Positions 26,862 to 36,584 are shown, numbered from the stretch's first letter. The stretch: DNA of 64,000 bases from an uncultured Oscillospiraceae bacterium (GCA_964646225.1 CAZYAD010000003.1:1894-65893), one strand, 5' to 3'. The notes: a model not told the origin generated them from the letters alone. Numbers and translations: made by a program.

Positions 26862-27646
26862 CCCCACAGCGGATCGCCGCGCTGGCCCGCGGCGCACTGG
26901 AACGGGAGGTGCTGCTGACCCCCAAGCCGGGGTTGGTGGACGCCGCTAATCCAGGCGCCCATCAGGATATGGATGTGGATACCTTCCTCCGTTCGGCAGC
27001 CGCTCTGGAGCCGTGGTTCCAAAGCATGGCGGAGCGGGGCAGCGTCCTGCCCGGGGAGGCCCCTGCCGACCTGCTGGCCGCACTCCGGCCGGTGGGGCAG
27101 GAGGCCGAACGGGCCATGTATGCCGCCACCGGCGGCGTCAATACCCACAAGGGCGCTCTGTTCTCATTGGGCCTGCTGTGCGCTGCCTGCGGACGCCTCA
27201 CTGCCCAAAACCGTCCCCTGACGGTAGAGAGTCTGTGCGGCTTTGCCGCCCGGATGACCGACGGCATCACCGCCCGGGAGCTTTCGTCCACCGGCACCCA
27301 CGGCCTGGCGGCCCATGCCGCCTATGGAGCAAAGGGCGTCCGGGGCGAGGCCGAATCGGGCTTCCGCAGCGTTCGGGAGCTGGCCCTGCCGGAGCTTGAA
27401 GGGCCGGAAGGCCCCTATCGGGCGCTGCTGCGCCTGATCTCCCGCGTGCGGGATACGAATGTGCTCCACCGGGCAGGGGAGGAGGGCCTTTGCTGGCTCC
27501 AGACCCGGGCAGAGACCCTGCTGGCGGACTTTTCTCTCCCAGCCCTGACTGCGCTGGACAGGGATTGCATCGACCGGAACATCAGCCCCGGCGGCAGTGC
27601 AGACCTGCTGGCCATTGCCTTCTTTTTGCAGGCTGTGACCCGCTGA
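26858..27646 (+). CDS. citG: Triphosphoribosyl-dephospho-CoA synthase
   Basis: Start at MTPQRIAALA (ATG 26858, ATGA overlap). LTPKPGLVD and GGVNTHKGALFSLGLL motifs. Confidence 0.85.
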   Translation: MTPQRIAALARGALEREVLLTPKPGLVDAANPGAHQDMDVDTFLRSAAALEPWFQSMAERGSVLPGEAPADLLAALRPVGQEAERAMYAATGGVNTHKGALFSLGLLCAACGRLTAQNRPLTVESLCGFAARMTDGITARELSSTGTHGLAAHAAYGAKGVRGEAESGFRSVRELALPELEGPEGPYRALLRLISRVRDTNVLHRAGEEGLCWLQTRAETLLADFSLPALTALDRDCIDRNISPGGSADLLAIAFFLQAVTR

Positions 27647-27713
27647 CGCAGCCCACGATATCATCGTCGCTTTCCTTCAGTCAATATAAGAAAACATCAG
27701 AGGAGGAACTCCC

Positions 27714-29975
27714 ATGGTAGAAGTCATCAAAAAAGGCGCTTATCTGGTAGACGACAGCATCGTCTATGCCGATCAGGCGCAAAATGTCCTGTCCCCCGAT
27801 CAGGCACGGGAAAAGACCATCGCCTACTCCATCCTGCGCGCCCACAACAAGGGCAAGGACCCCAAAAAACTCCAGATCAAGTTTGACGCGCTGATCTCTC
27901 ACGATATCACCTTCGTGGGCATCATCCAGACCGCAAAGGCCTCCGGCCTCAAGGAGTTCCCCATTCCCTATGCCATGACCAACTGCCACAACTCCCTGTG
28001 CGCCGTAGGCGGCACCATCAACGAGGATGACCACGCCTTCGGCCTGTCTGCGGCCAAGAAATACGGCGGCATCTATGTCCCCGCCAACCAGGCCGTCATC
28101 CACCAGTATGCCCGCGAGCGGCTGGCCGGCTGCGGCAAGATGATCCTGGGCTCCGACTCCCACACCCGCTACGGCGCTTATGGCTGCATGGGCGTTGGCG
28201 AGGGCGGCGGCGAGCTGGTGAAGCAGCTGCTGGAAAACACCTATGATGTGGCCGCACCCGAGGTGGTCATGGTCTATCTGGACGGCAAGCCCCGCAAGGG
28301 CGTCGGCCCGCAGGATGTGGCCATTGCGCTGGTGGCCGCCACCTTCCCCAAGGGCGATGTGAAAAACAAGGTGCTGGAGTTCGTAGGCCCCGGCGTCCGG
28401 GAGCTTTCCTGCGACTTCCGCATCGGCGTGGATGTGATGACCACCGAGACCTCCTGCCTGACCTCTGTCTGGGTCACCGACGAAAAGGTGAAGGCCTATT
28501 ACGAAAACATCGGCCGTCCCGAGGATTTCCGGGAGCTCCGACCCGAAAACGGCGCTTATTACGACAGCGTGGTGCATATCGACCTGTCTCAGGTGGAGTG
28601 CATGATCGCCCTGCCCTTCCATCCCTCCATCGCTTATACCATCCATGAGCTGCAGGCCGACCCCGAGGGCATCTTCAAAAAGGTGGAGGAAGCCTGCAAC
28701 AAGCAGCTGGGCGGCAAGGTACAGATGGATCTGTGCCGCAACATCGTGGACGGCAAGGTCACCTGTGACCAGGGCGTCATCGTGGGCTGCTCCGGCGGTA
28801 TGTACGAAAATATCGTGGAGGCCGCTGCCATCCTCAAGAATCAGTCCATCGGCAACGGCTACTTCGATATGAGCGTCTATGCATCCTCCACCCCCATCAA
28901 CCTGGCCATCACCAAAAACGGCACTGCCGCCACCCTGATGGAAGCCGGCACCGTCATGAAGCCCGCCTTCTGCGGCCCCTGCTTCGGTGCCGGTGACACC
29001 CCCGCCAACAACGCACTGTCCATCCGCCACGCCACCCGGAACTTCGCCAACCGCGAGGGCTCCAAGCCCGGCAACGGCCAGATCTCCGCCGTGGCCCTGA
29101 TGGATGCCCGCTCCATCGCTGCCACCGCAGCCAACGGCGGCGTGCTCACGGCTGCCACCGATTTCGAGTATGAATCTCCCACCGCCGAGGAGCTGAAGTA
29201 TACCTACGACGGCTCGGTCTACGCCAAGCGCTGCTACGAGGGCTTCGGCAAGGCCGACCCAACCGCAGAGCTGCGTTACGGCCCCAACATCAAGGACTGG
29301 CCCGCCATGCCCGCGCTGGAGGAAGACCTGCTGGTGAAGCTGTGCGCCGTCATCCATGACCCCGTCACCACCACCGACGAGCTGATCCCTTCCGGCGAAA
29401 CCTCCTCCTATCGCTCCAATCCCATCGGCCTGTCTGAGTTCGCCCTGAGCCGCCGTGTGCCCGAGTATGTGGCCCGTTCCAAGACCGTCCGTGCGCTGGA
29501 GGAGGCCCGTGAGCAGGGAAATACCCCCGCCGAGGTGCTGGATGTGCTGGCAAAGGTGGGCGGCGACGCAGCCCGTACCACCGTGGGCTCCTGCGTCTTC
29601 GCCAACAAGCCCGGCGATGGCTCTGCCCGTGAGCAGGCTGCCTCCTGCCAGAAGGTGCTGGGCGGCTTCGCCAACATCTGCTATGAATACGCCACCAAGC
29701 GCTATCGCTCCAACTGCATCAACTGGGGCATCGTGCCCTTCACCATGGACAGCGCCCAGACCTTTGATTACGAGGATGGCGACTGGGTTTATATCCCCGG
29801 CGTCAAGGCCGCCATTCTGGCCGGACAGGAGGAGTTTTCCGCCAAGGTCATCACCAAAGATGGCCGTCTGGCCGATCTGACCCTCCAGTGCAAGGGCCTC
29901 ACCGAGGATGAAAAGCTCATCCTGAAGGAAGGCTGCCTGATGAACTACTACGCCGCCGGTTACGGCAAAGCCTGA
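27714..29975 (+). CDS. Aconitate hydratase (753-aa clostridial-type aconitase family protein)
   Basis: GAGGAGG SD. Fe-S ligand contexts GSDSHT and CGPCFG. C-terminal swivel domain. Confidence 0.85.
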   Translation: MVEVIKKGAYLVDDSIVYADQAQNVLSPDQAREKTIAYSILRAHNKGKDPKKLQIKFDALISHDITFVGIIQTAKASGLKEFPIPYAMTNCHNSLCAVGGTINEDDHAFGLSAAKKYGGIYVPANQAVIHQYARERLAGCGKMILGSDSHTRYGAYGCMGVGEGGGELVKQLLENTYDVAAPEVVMVYLDGKPRKGVGPQDVAIALVAATFPKGDVKNKVLEFVGPGVRELSCDFRIGVDVMTTETSCLTSVWVTDEKVKAYYENIGRPEDFRELRPENGAYYDSVVHIDLSQVECMIALPFHPSIAYTIHELQADPEGIFKKVEEACNKQLGGKVQMDLCRNIVDGKVTCDQGVIVGCSGGMYENIVEAAAILKNQSIGNGYFDMSVYASSTPINLAITKNGTAATLMEAGTVMKPAFCGPCFGAGDTPANNALSIRHATRNFANREGSKPGNGQISAVALMDARSIAATAANGGVLTAATDFEYESPTAEELKYTYDGSVYAKRCYEGFGKADPTAELRYGPNIKDWPAMPALEEDLLVKLCAVIHDPVTTTDELIPSGETSSYRSNPIGLSEFALSRRVPEYVARSKTVRALEEAREQGNTPAEVLDVLAKVGGDAARTTVGSCVFANKPGDGSAREQAASCQKVLGGFANICYEYATKRYRSNCINWGIVPFTMDSAQTFDYEDGDWVYIPGVKAAILAGQEEFSAKVITKDGRLADLTLQCKGLTEDEKLILKEGCLMNYYAAGYGKA

Positions 29976-30048
29976 GCCCGGTTGTCCCTCGCGGATCCCT
30001 CCGGAACACCCGCTTCCACAAACAACAATGAAAAAGGAGTCACCTCTT

Positions 30049-31272
30049 ATGGCTAAAATTCAGATGAAAACCCCTCTCGTCGAGATGGATGGCGACGAGA
30101 TGACCCGCATCCTCTGGCAGCTCATCAAGGAAAAGCTCATCCTGCCCTATGTGGATCTCAAAACCGAGTACTATGATCTGGGCCTGCTGAACCGCAACGC
30201 CACCAGGGATCAGGTCACCATTGATGCGGCCAACGCCAATAAGAAGTACGGCGTGGGCGTCAAGTGCGCCACCATCACCCCCAATAAGCAGCGTATGGAG
30301 GAATATCCCCAGCTCATCGAAATGTGGAAGAGCCCCAACGGCACCATCCGCTCCATTCTGGACGGCACGGTCTTCCGCACCCCCATCTGCATCCCCGCCA
30401 TCAAGCCGGTGGTGAAGAACTGGGAAAAGCCCATCACCATCGCCCGTCATGCCTATGGCGATGTGTACAAATCCGTGGATCTGTACACCACCGAGCCCGG
30501 TACCTGCACCATGACCTTCAAGGGCGAGCAGACCGGCGAGGAAAAGACTCTGGTAGTGCAGAAGGTCAACGGCCCCGCCGTCTGGCAGGGGGCACATAAC
30601 AAGGAAAGCTCCATCCGCTCCTTCGCCCGCTCCTGCTTCCAGTACGCCATCGATACCCGCCAGGATCTGTGGTTCTCCACCAAGGACACCATCGCCAAGG
30701 TCTATGACGGCGAGTTCAAAAAAGTTTTTGAGGAAGAGTTTGAAAAGGGCGGCTACAAGGAGCAGTTCGAAAAGCTGGGCATCACCTATTTCTACACTCT
30801 GATCGACGACGCCGTGGCCCGCGTCATCCGCTCCAAGGGCGGCTATATCTGGGCCTGCAAAAACTATGACGGCGATGTCATGAGCGACATGGTGTCCACT
30901 GCCTTTGGTTCTCTGGCCATGATGACCTCCGTGCTGGTGTCTCCCGATGGCAATTACGAGTTCGAGGCTGCCCATGGCACGGTCACCAAGCATTACTACA
31001 AGCACCTGAAGGGCGAAAAGACCTCCACCAACTCCATGGCCACCATTTTTGCCTGGTCCGGCGCCTTCAAGAAGCGCGGCGAGCTGGATGAGCTGCCCGA
31101 GCTGGTAGCCTTTGGCGAAAAGCTGGAGGAGGCCTGCTTCGAGACCCTCAACGCCGGTGTCATGACCAAGGATCTGGTGGGGCTGGTGGAGCCCGGCTTC
31201 GAGGCCCACGCCGTTACCTCCGAGGAATTCCTGGACGCCATCGCCCAACGCCTGGCCGCCAAGCTGGCCTGA
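30049..31272 (+). CDS. icd: NADP-dependent isocitrate dehydrogenase (eukaryote-like homodimeric type)
   Basis: Start at MAKIQMKTPLVEMDGDEMTRI (ATG 30049), 9 nt after GGAG. KCATITPN motif. About 407 aa. Confidence 0.9.
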   Translation: MAKIQMKTPLVEMDGDEMTRILWQLIKEKLILPYVDLKTEYYDLGLLNRNATRDQVTIDAANANKKYGVGVKCATITPNKQRMEEYPQLIEMWKSPNGTIRSILDGTVFRTPICIPAIKPVVKNWEKPITIARHAYGDVYKSVDLYTTEPGTCTMTFKGEQTGEEKTLVVQKVNGPAVWQGAHNKESSIRSFARSCFQYAIDTRQDLWFSTKDTIAKVYDGEFKKVFEEEFEKGGYKEQFEKLGITYFYTLIDDAVARVIRSKGGYIWACKNYDGDVMSDMVSTAFGSLAMMTSVLVSPDGNYEFEAAHGTVTKHYYKHLKGEKTSTNSMATIFAWSGAFKKRGELDELPELVAFGEKLEEACFETLNAGVMTKDLVGLVEPGFEAHAVTSEEFLDAIAQRLAAKLA

Positions 31273-31301
31273 TTTTCCCCTTGCAGATTCTTTCCCCTCT
31301 T

Positions 31302-31332
31302 GGCCCTCCGTCTTCGGACGGAGGGCCTTTTT
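31302..31332 (+). terminator. Intrinsic terminator after icd
   Basis: GGCCCTCCGTC, TTCG loop, GACGGAGGGCC, followed by TTTTT. Confidence 0.85.
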
Positions 31333-31526
31333 AGCGTGTCGGCCAGAGAAAAAGGACGAAATTTACAGAATTGTTACACCCGCCGCGGAAAAATCTCAGG
31401 ATTTCTTCAGCAGCGGGTGCTATGTTGTTCTCAAAGGCCCGGGCCACGGCCCGCCGGCTGCAAAAATGCAGAAAGGATGTGCTCATATGGAGCAGCAATA
31501 CAATCCGAGAGAACAGGAGGGCGTCT

Positions 31527-32039
31527 ATGATCTCGGTTGAACACCTGACCAAGGATTATGGCGGCCATCTGGCCGTGGACGATCTCTCCTTTGAGATCAC
31601 AGAGGGCCATGTTTACGGCTTTCTGGGCCCTAACGGCGCTGGAAAATCCACTACCATGAATATCCTCGCCGGCTGACTGTCGGCCACCGCCGGAAGGGTA
31701 CGCATCGACGGCCACGATGTTTTCGAGGAGCCCGACAAGGCAAAGCGCCTCATTGGCTACCTGCCGGAGCATCCGCCTCTTTACCTGAACGAATCGCCGC
31801 TGGAATATCTGCGCTTTGTGGGCGAGGCAAAGGGCCTGCGGGGCGGCGAGCTGCGGGCGCAGGTGCAGCAGGCCATGGAACGCACCGACATCACTGGGGT
31901 GAGCAGCCGCCGCATCGGCGCACTGTCCAAGGGCTATCGCCAGCGGGTGGGCATCGCGCAGGCGCTGCTGGGCGCGCCGCGGGTCATCATTCTGGACGAG
32001 CCCACTGTGGGGCTGGATCCCATCCAGATCCTGGAGATC
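31527..32039 (+). pseudogene. ABC-2-type transporter ATPase, disrupted (in-frame TGA at 31674-31676; truncated after Walker B)
   Basis: [13 protein letters not shown]...[34 protein letters not shown]...LSKGYRQRVGIAQAL...IILDEPTVGLDPIQILEI. The reading frame stays open through the stop, and the C-terminal third of an ABC domain is missing. Confidence 0.75.
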
Positions 32040-33041
32040 ACCAGCAACACCAAGGTGGTGGTGAACAGCCTCCAAAAGGATGTGACCATCTACTGGGTGG
32101 TACAGGCAGACCAGGAGGATACCATTCTGGAAAACCTGCTGAGCAAGTATGAGAGCCTTTCCGCACATCTTACGGTGGTAAAGAAGAACCCCGATGTGTA
32201 TCCCACTTTTACTGAACAGTATACCGGCAAGACCGTCCCCAACAATTCGCTGATCGTGGAGTGCGGAGACCGGTATCGCTATGTCAGCTACAACGACCTT
32301 TACGAGACAGAGTTTGATTATTATTCCTACACCTACACCACCTCCGGCTTTGACGGCGAGGGCGCCATCACCTCGGCCATCGATTATGTGGTCACCGAGG
32401 AGCTGCCCCTGCTGTGTGTACTGGAGGGCCACGGTGAGGCATCGCTGTCCGAAAGCTTCTCGCAGGCGGTGGAGAAGGATAATATTCAGACCGCCCAGCT
32501 GTCGCTGCTGACGGTGGAGCAGGTGCCGGAGGACACCGACGCGGTGCTGATCCACGCTCCTGCCACCGATATCTCCGAGACCGAGGCGGCGCTGCTATCC
32601 GATTATGTGCAGAGCGGCGGCAAGCTGCTGGTACTCTCCGGCCCGGCAGAGGAGGAGCCGCTGTCCAACCTCAACAGCCTGCTGGAGGAATACAGCGTCA
32701 CGGTGAACGAGGGCATCGTCATTGAGGGCGACCGCAGCCGGTATATGTCCGGCTATCCCTATGTGCTGGTGCCTGAGCTGCAAAGCGCCGCTGTCACCGA
32801 TCCGCTGCTGGAGGCGGGCTACAGTGCAGTCCTGCCGCTGGCCCAGGGCCTGACCGTGGGCTATACGGGCAAGGCAGAGGTCACCAGCCTGATGGACACC
32901 ACCGAAAGCGCGTTCAGCAAGGTGGCGGGCTACGGCCTGAGCACCTACACCTATGAGGAGGGGGATATCGATGGTCCCTTCTCGCTGGGCGTCTCAGTGG
33001 AGGCAGAGGGCGGCGGTCAGATGATCTGGCTGGCTGTATGA
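32040..33041 (+). pseudogene. GldG-like (ABC-type uncharacterized transport system) extracytoplasmic protein fragment, fused in frame to the ATPase remnant
   Basis: The sequence continues directly from ...ILEI into TSNTKVVVNSLQKDVTIYWV...LLVLSGP... This resembles the GldG family body without its N-terminal TM. It ends abruptly at ...GGGQMIWLAV-stop. Confidence 0.55.
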
Positions 33042-34245
33042 CGGGGACGAGGACTTTCCCGTCAGCCAGCAGCGGATGGAAGAGCTGCTGGAGCCCTTCG
33101 AGGCCTTTGGCGTGGCCTTTGTGATCGAAAATCCCGAGGATCTGGGCCAGTATGGGCTGGAGGAGCCTGCCGCCGTCATCACCCTGGCCACGGCGGAGGC
33201 CCAGTATGATATTCGGCTGGGGGATTTCAGCAAAATGGATGAGCAGCGTTATGTGGATATCGGCGACGGCAATGTGTATCTGGTGTCGGAGGATCCTATG
33301 GAGCTGGTGGATCAGGAGCTTTCCGACATGATCCAAAACGACAAGATCGGCAGCTTTGACAAGGTGCAGACCCTGACCTTTGACGGCGTGGAGGCTTACA
33401 CCATCTGCAAGGATGAGGCGTCCTCCGGCAGCTATTCGGCGGAGGATGTGTACTTTGCCCAGCTGGAGGGCGATTCGCTGCCGCTGGATACCGACAGGGT
33501 CACCGCCTATCTGAACAAGCTGGTCTCCCTGTCGCTGGATGATTACGCCACCTATCATGCCACCGGGGAGGAACTGGCGGCCTTTGGCCTGACAGAGCCC
33601 TGGCTCACCGTTACGGTGGATTACACCGACCAGGGAGAGGGCACCAGCGAGGAGCGACAGTGCGTGGTACATATCGGACGCAACGCCGAGGAGCAGGCCG
33701 CCTATGAGCAGGCACAGACGGACGGAGACACCAGCCTTCCCAGTGTCACCAAATATGTGCGGGTAGGGGAGTCCCAGATTGTTTATGTGCTGTCCCACAA
33801 CAACGATACCTCTTTGCTGGGGGCTGGCTACGATGATCTGCGGCACACCGAGGTCTTTTGGGGAGACTTCGACAGCGTAACCCAGGTGGAGATCGCCCTG
33901 GAAGCGCAGATCCACACCCTGACTGCCGTCCCGGACGAGGAGGATGAGGATGCCCGCGTCTGGCTGTACGGAGAGGAGGAGGTCAGCATCGCCGCCTTCC
34001 GCAATGCCTTGGAGGCTGTGGAGGCGCAGTCCTTCACCAATGAGCAGCCCGGTGACCGGGAGGAGCTGCACCTGACCCTGCATCTGGAGGATCCGCAGTT
34101 CCCGCAGGTGGAAATCGCGCTGTACCGCTATGACGGCAGCCAGTGCCTGGCGGTGGTGGACGGCCAGCCGGTATCTCTGGTGAGCCGCAGCCAGGTGGTG
34201 GATCTGGTGGAGGCCGTCCAGGCCATCGTACTCAACGGCAACTGA
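33025..34245 (+). pseudogene. DUF4340-like protein lacking its N-terminal membrane anchor
   Basis: The frame opens at 33025 with no convincing start. ...LYDGDEDFPVSQQRMEELLEPFEAF... resembles the interior of DUF4340 proteins that normally follow GldG. The first in-frame ATG is at 33076. Confidence 0.5.
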
Positions 34246-34329
34246 TCGGCGTCTCGCGCCACCGACAAGCAAAATAATTATCGGAAAAACCGATGATAGA
34301 ACCGAAACCATCCGTTTCGCAAATGATGC

Positions 34330-34359
34330 TTGACAACGCTCGTCCAAATTGGATATTAT
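34330..34359 (+). promoter_or_regulatory. Putative sigma-70 promoter for the LysR-type regulator
   Basis: TTGACA (34330-34335), 18 nt spacer, TATTAT (34354-34359). Confidence 0.5.
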
Positions 34360-34373
34360 GAAATCACAAATTT

Positions 34374-34392
34374 CTATAAGAAATGTTCATAG
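34374..34392 (+). promoter_or_regulatory. LysR-type T-N11-A box
   Basis: CTAT-N11-ATAG dyad (CTATAAGAAATGTTCATAG) between the promoter and the LysR start codon. Confidence 0.4.
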
Positions 34393-34469
34393 AGAGAACC
34401 AATAGATAAAACGAGAACCATCCCACCGGCACGGCCGGAAAATGGAGCGAAAGCGAGGTCGCGGGGCTT

Positions 34470-35369
34470 ATGAACATCAGCCTGAAGCAGTTGGAGATTT
34501 TTGTCACCATTGTGGAGTGCGGCAATTTTACCGAGGCAGGCCGCCGTCTGTATCTGGCGCAGTCCACCGTCAGCAGCCACATCAGTGCGCTGGAGGACGC
34601 CTTGCGGGTGTCGCTGTTCCGCCGGGAGTCCAAGCGCTCCATCGAGCTGACGCCTGACGGCCGGCGGGTCTATGAATACGCCAAGGATGTGTTGAACAAG
34701 TGCGTCGCGCTGGAATCCACCACCATCGGCGAGGCCAAGCGGGATCTGGTGATCGGCGCTTCCTCCGCACCGGCAAAGGGGCTGCTGCCCCGGCAGGTGC
34801 TGCGGTTCACCCGGGAGCATCCGTCCTGCTGCTGTGTGGTGCGGGGCGGCGACAGCGAGCAAGTGCAGAAGCAGGTGCTGGAGGGAAATGTCCAGCTGGG
34901 CTTTGTGGGTAGCACGGACAATCGGCAGTCGCTGGTTTACGAGCGGGTGGCAGAGGATCGTCTGGTGCTGATCGCCCCCGCTGCGCCCAGGTTTGTCAAG
35001 ATGCAGGAGCAGGGCGTTCTGGGCAAATCGCTGCTGCGGGAGCCCATGGTCTTCCGGGATCAGGGCAGCGGCACGCAGAAGATGATCGACAATTACCTCA
35101 GCGCACAGGAGATCGACAGCCGTGCCCTTCAGGTGCGGCATTATGTGTCCGACCCGGAACTGCTGCAGGAGCTGGTGGTGCTGGGGGCGGGTGTTTCCAT
35201 CGTTTCTGCGCTGGCAGCCTGCGAGCGGGTGAGTGCCGGCAAGCTGGTGGCCTTTGAGCTGGAGGAGCAGCCAGTCTATCGACATATTTATATGGTCTAT
35301 CGTAAAAAAGGTGCCCTTTCGGAGTTGGCCAAGGCCTTTGCCGAGCAGGTGCGTAAGTCCACCCTGTAG
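34470..35369 (+). CDS. LysR-family transcriptional regulator
   Basis: N-terminal wHTH LKQLEIFVTIVECGNFTEAGRRLYLAQSTVSSHISALE, followed by a substrate-binding domain. 299 aa. Confidence 0.9.
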   Translation: MNISLKQLEIFVTIVECGNFTEAGRRLYLAQSTVSSHISALEDALRVSLFRRESKRSIELTPDGRRVYEYAKDVLNKCVALESTTIGEAKRDLVIGASSAPAKGLLPRQVLRFTREHPSCCCVVRGGDSEQVQKQVLEGNVQLGFVGSTDNRQSLVYERVAEDRLVLIAPAAPRFVKMQEQGVLGKSLLREPMVFRDQGSGTQKMIDNYLSAQEIDSRALQVRHYVSDPELLQELVVLGAGVSIVSALAACERVSAGKLVAFELEEQPVYRHIYMVYRKKGALSELAKAFAEQVRKSTL

Positions 35370-35415
35370 ATCCGGCCCAAACAGGTCGGCGCAAAAACGG
35401 AATCTCCAAGCAATA

Positions 35416-35449
35416 AAAGGGATGCTACCGCAAGGCAGCATCCCTTTTC
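35416..35449 (+). terminator. Intrinsic terminator after the LysR gene
   Basis: AAAGGGATGCT, 10-nt loop, AGCATCCCTTT, followed by TCG. Confidence 0.65.
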
Positions 35450-35454
35450 GCAAC

Positions 35455-35492
35455 AGATAAAACGGAAAACGGCGTGACTTTCGTCACGCCGT
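35455..35492 (-). terminator. Intrinsic terminator after the macro-domain gene
   Basis: Minus strand reads ACGGCGTGAC, GAAA loop, GTCACGCCGT, followed by TTTCCGTTTT. Confidence 0.65.
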
Positions 35493-35564
35493 CTCTTGAA
35501 AACCAAGGGTTTCCCAATCATTTTTTTGTGTTACAGGCTCCCGTTTTTTGCTCTGCGCTGCGGC

Positions 35565-36551
35565 TCACCACATCAGCTGGGGCAGCCCCATGGAGAACAG
35601 CAGCTGGTCAGCCTCCAGCACATCAAACCGCTCCTCGGAGATGCAATACTCCACCAGCAGATCCTGATCCTCGGTGGCATCCAGGAACAACCGGGCAGAG
35701 GCCAGCAGCTGGCGGGTGTAATCCATGTTCAGATGCAGCGCCAGGGCCAGCGCCAGGGCCTGGCTCTTGGTGGGCATCTGATCTCTCAAAAAGGAGTTGA
35801 TGCGATGCAGACCCATGTTGGCGCGCCAGCGCAGCTCCTCCAGACTGATGTTGCGGTCGGCCATCAGCTTCACCAGCGTTCTGGCGAAATCCGACCCCTG
35901 CACCAGCTCCTGCTGCAGCAGCTCACGGTCGTCGGGGGGCATCTCCAGCCCGGGCATATGGCCGTAGCCGGCGCGGTGAACCATCCGGTAGGTGTGGCGA
36001 TAGGTGGTGTCCTCAAAGGCCTTTTCCAGCCCGCGGGACTTCATAAAGCTGTGCGCAGGGGCGGTCACGCTGTCCTCCAGCACGAAGGCATCCTTCGGCA
36101 GGAAGGTCAGAATCACAGGCATATCGCCCTCGCGCAGGGCCTCGTGAATGGCCTGAACGGCCACCTTCAGTGCCTCTGCCGGGGGATAGCCGAAGTTGCC
36201 GGCAGAGATCAGGGGGAAGGCCAGACTGTCGCAGCCGGCCTCACGGGCAAGCTGGATGGACTCGCGGTAGCAGGAGGCCAGCAGCTCGGCCTCGCCCTGC
36301 CCGCCGCCCTGCCAGACGGGGCCGACGGTGTGAATGATGTACTTTGCGGGGAGCGCGAAGCCGGGGGTGATGACGGCCTGTCCCACGGGGCAGGCACCGA
36401 TCCGGCTGCAGGAAAGCTCAAGACGGCTGCCGGCCGCCTGGAAGATCGCGCCGCAGACGCCGGAACCGGGCTGCAGCTTTTCGTTGGCCGCATTGACGAT
36501 GGCATCGGTGGCCAGCGTCGCGATATCTCCGAACTGAAAACGCAGTGGCAT
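35565..36551 (-). CDS. Macro domain (ADP-ribose binding/hydrolase) protein fused to a C-terminal XRE-like HTH domain
   Basis: N-terminus GDIATLATDAIVNAANEKLQPGSGVCGAIF...IIHTVGPVW...LAFPLISAGNFGYP is a canonical macro domain. C-terminus FARTLVKLMADRNISLEELRWRANMGLHRINSFLRD...ALALALALHL is HTH-like. Confidence 0.8.
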   Translation of the reverse strand: MPLRFQFGDIATLATDAIVNAANEKLQPGSGVCGAIFQAAGSRLELSCSRIGACPVGQAVITPGFALPAKYIIHTVGPVWQGGGQGEAELLASCYRESIQLAREAGCDSLAFPLISAGNFGYPPAEALKVAVQAIHEALREGDMPVILTFLPKDAFVLEDSVTAPAHSFMKSRGLEKAFEDTTYRHTYRMVHRAGYGHMPGLEMPPDDRELLQQELVQGSDFARTLVKLMADRNISLEELRWRANMGLHRINSFLRDQMPTKSQALALALALHLNMDYTRQLLASARLFLDATEDQDLLVEYCISEERFDVLEADQLLFSMGLPQLMW

Positions 36552-36584
36552 AGGGGAGTGCCTCCTTTATCAAATCATGCTTTC

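Noticed and set aside
31674-31676. In-frame TGA in the ABC ATPase as a selenocysteine or programmed read-through codon
   Set aside because: ABC ATPases are not known selenoproteins, and I see no convincing SECIS-like stem-loop immediately downstream. The same locus carries two further truncation junctions, so gene decay or sequencing error is the simpler explanation.
35565-36551. Macro-domain gene as the DarG antitoxin of a DarTG toxin-antitoxin or defence system
   Set aside because: No DarT-like ADP-ribosyltransferase ORF lies upstream or downstream. The gene has its own promoter and terminator, and its C-terminal domain looks like an HTH rather than a DarT-binding domain.
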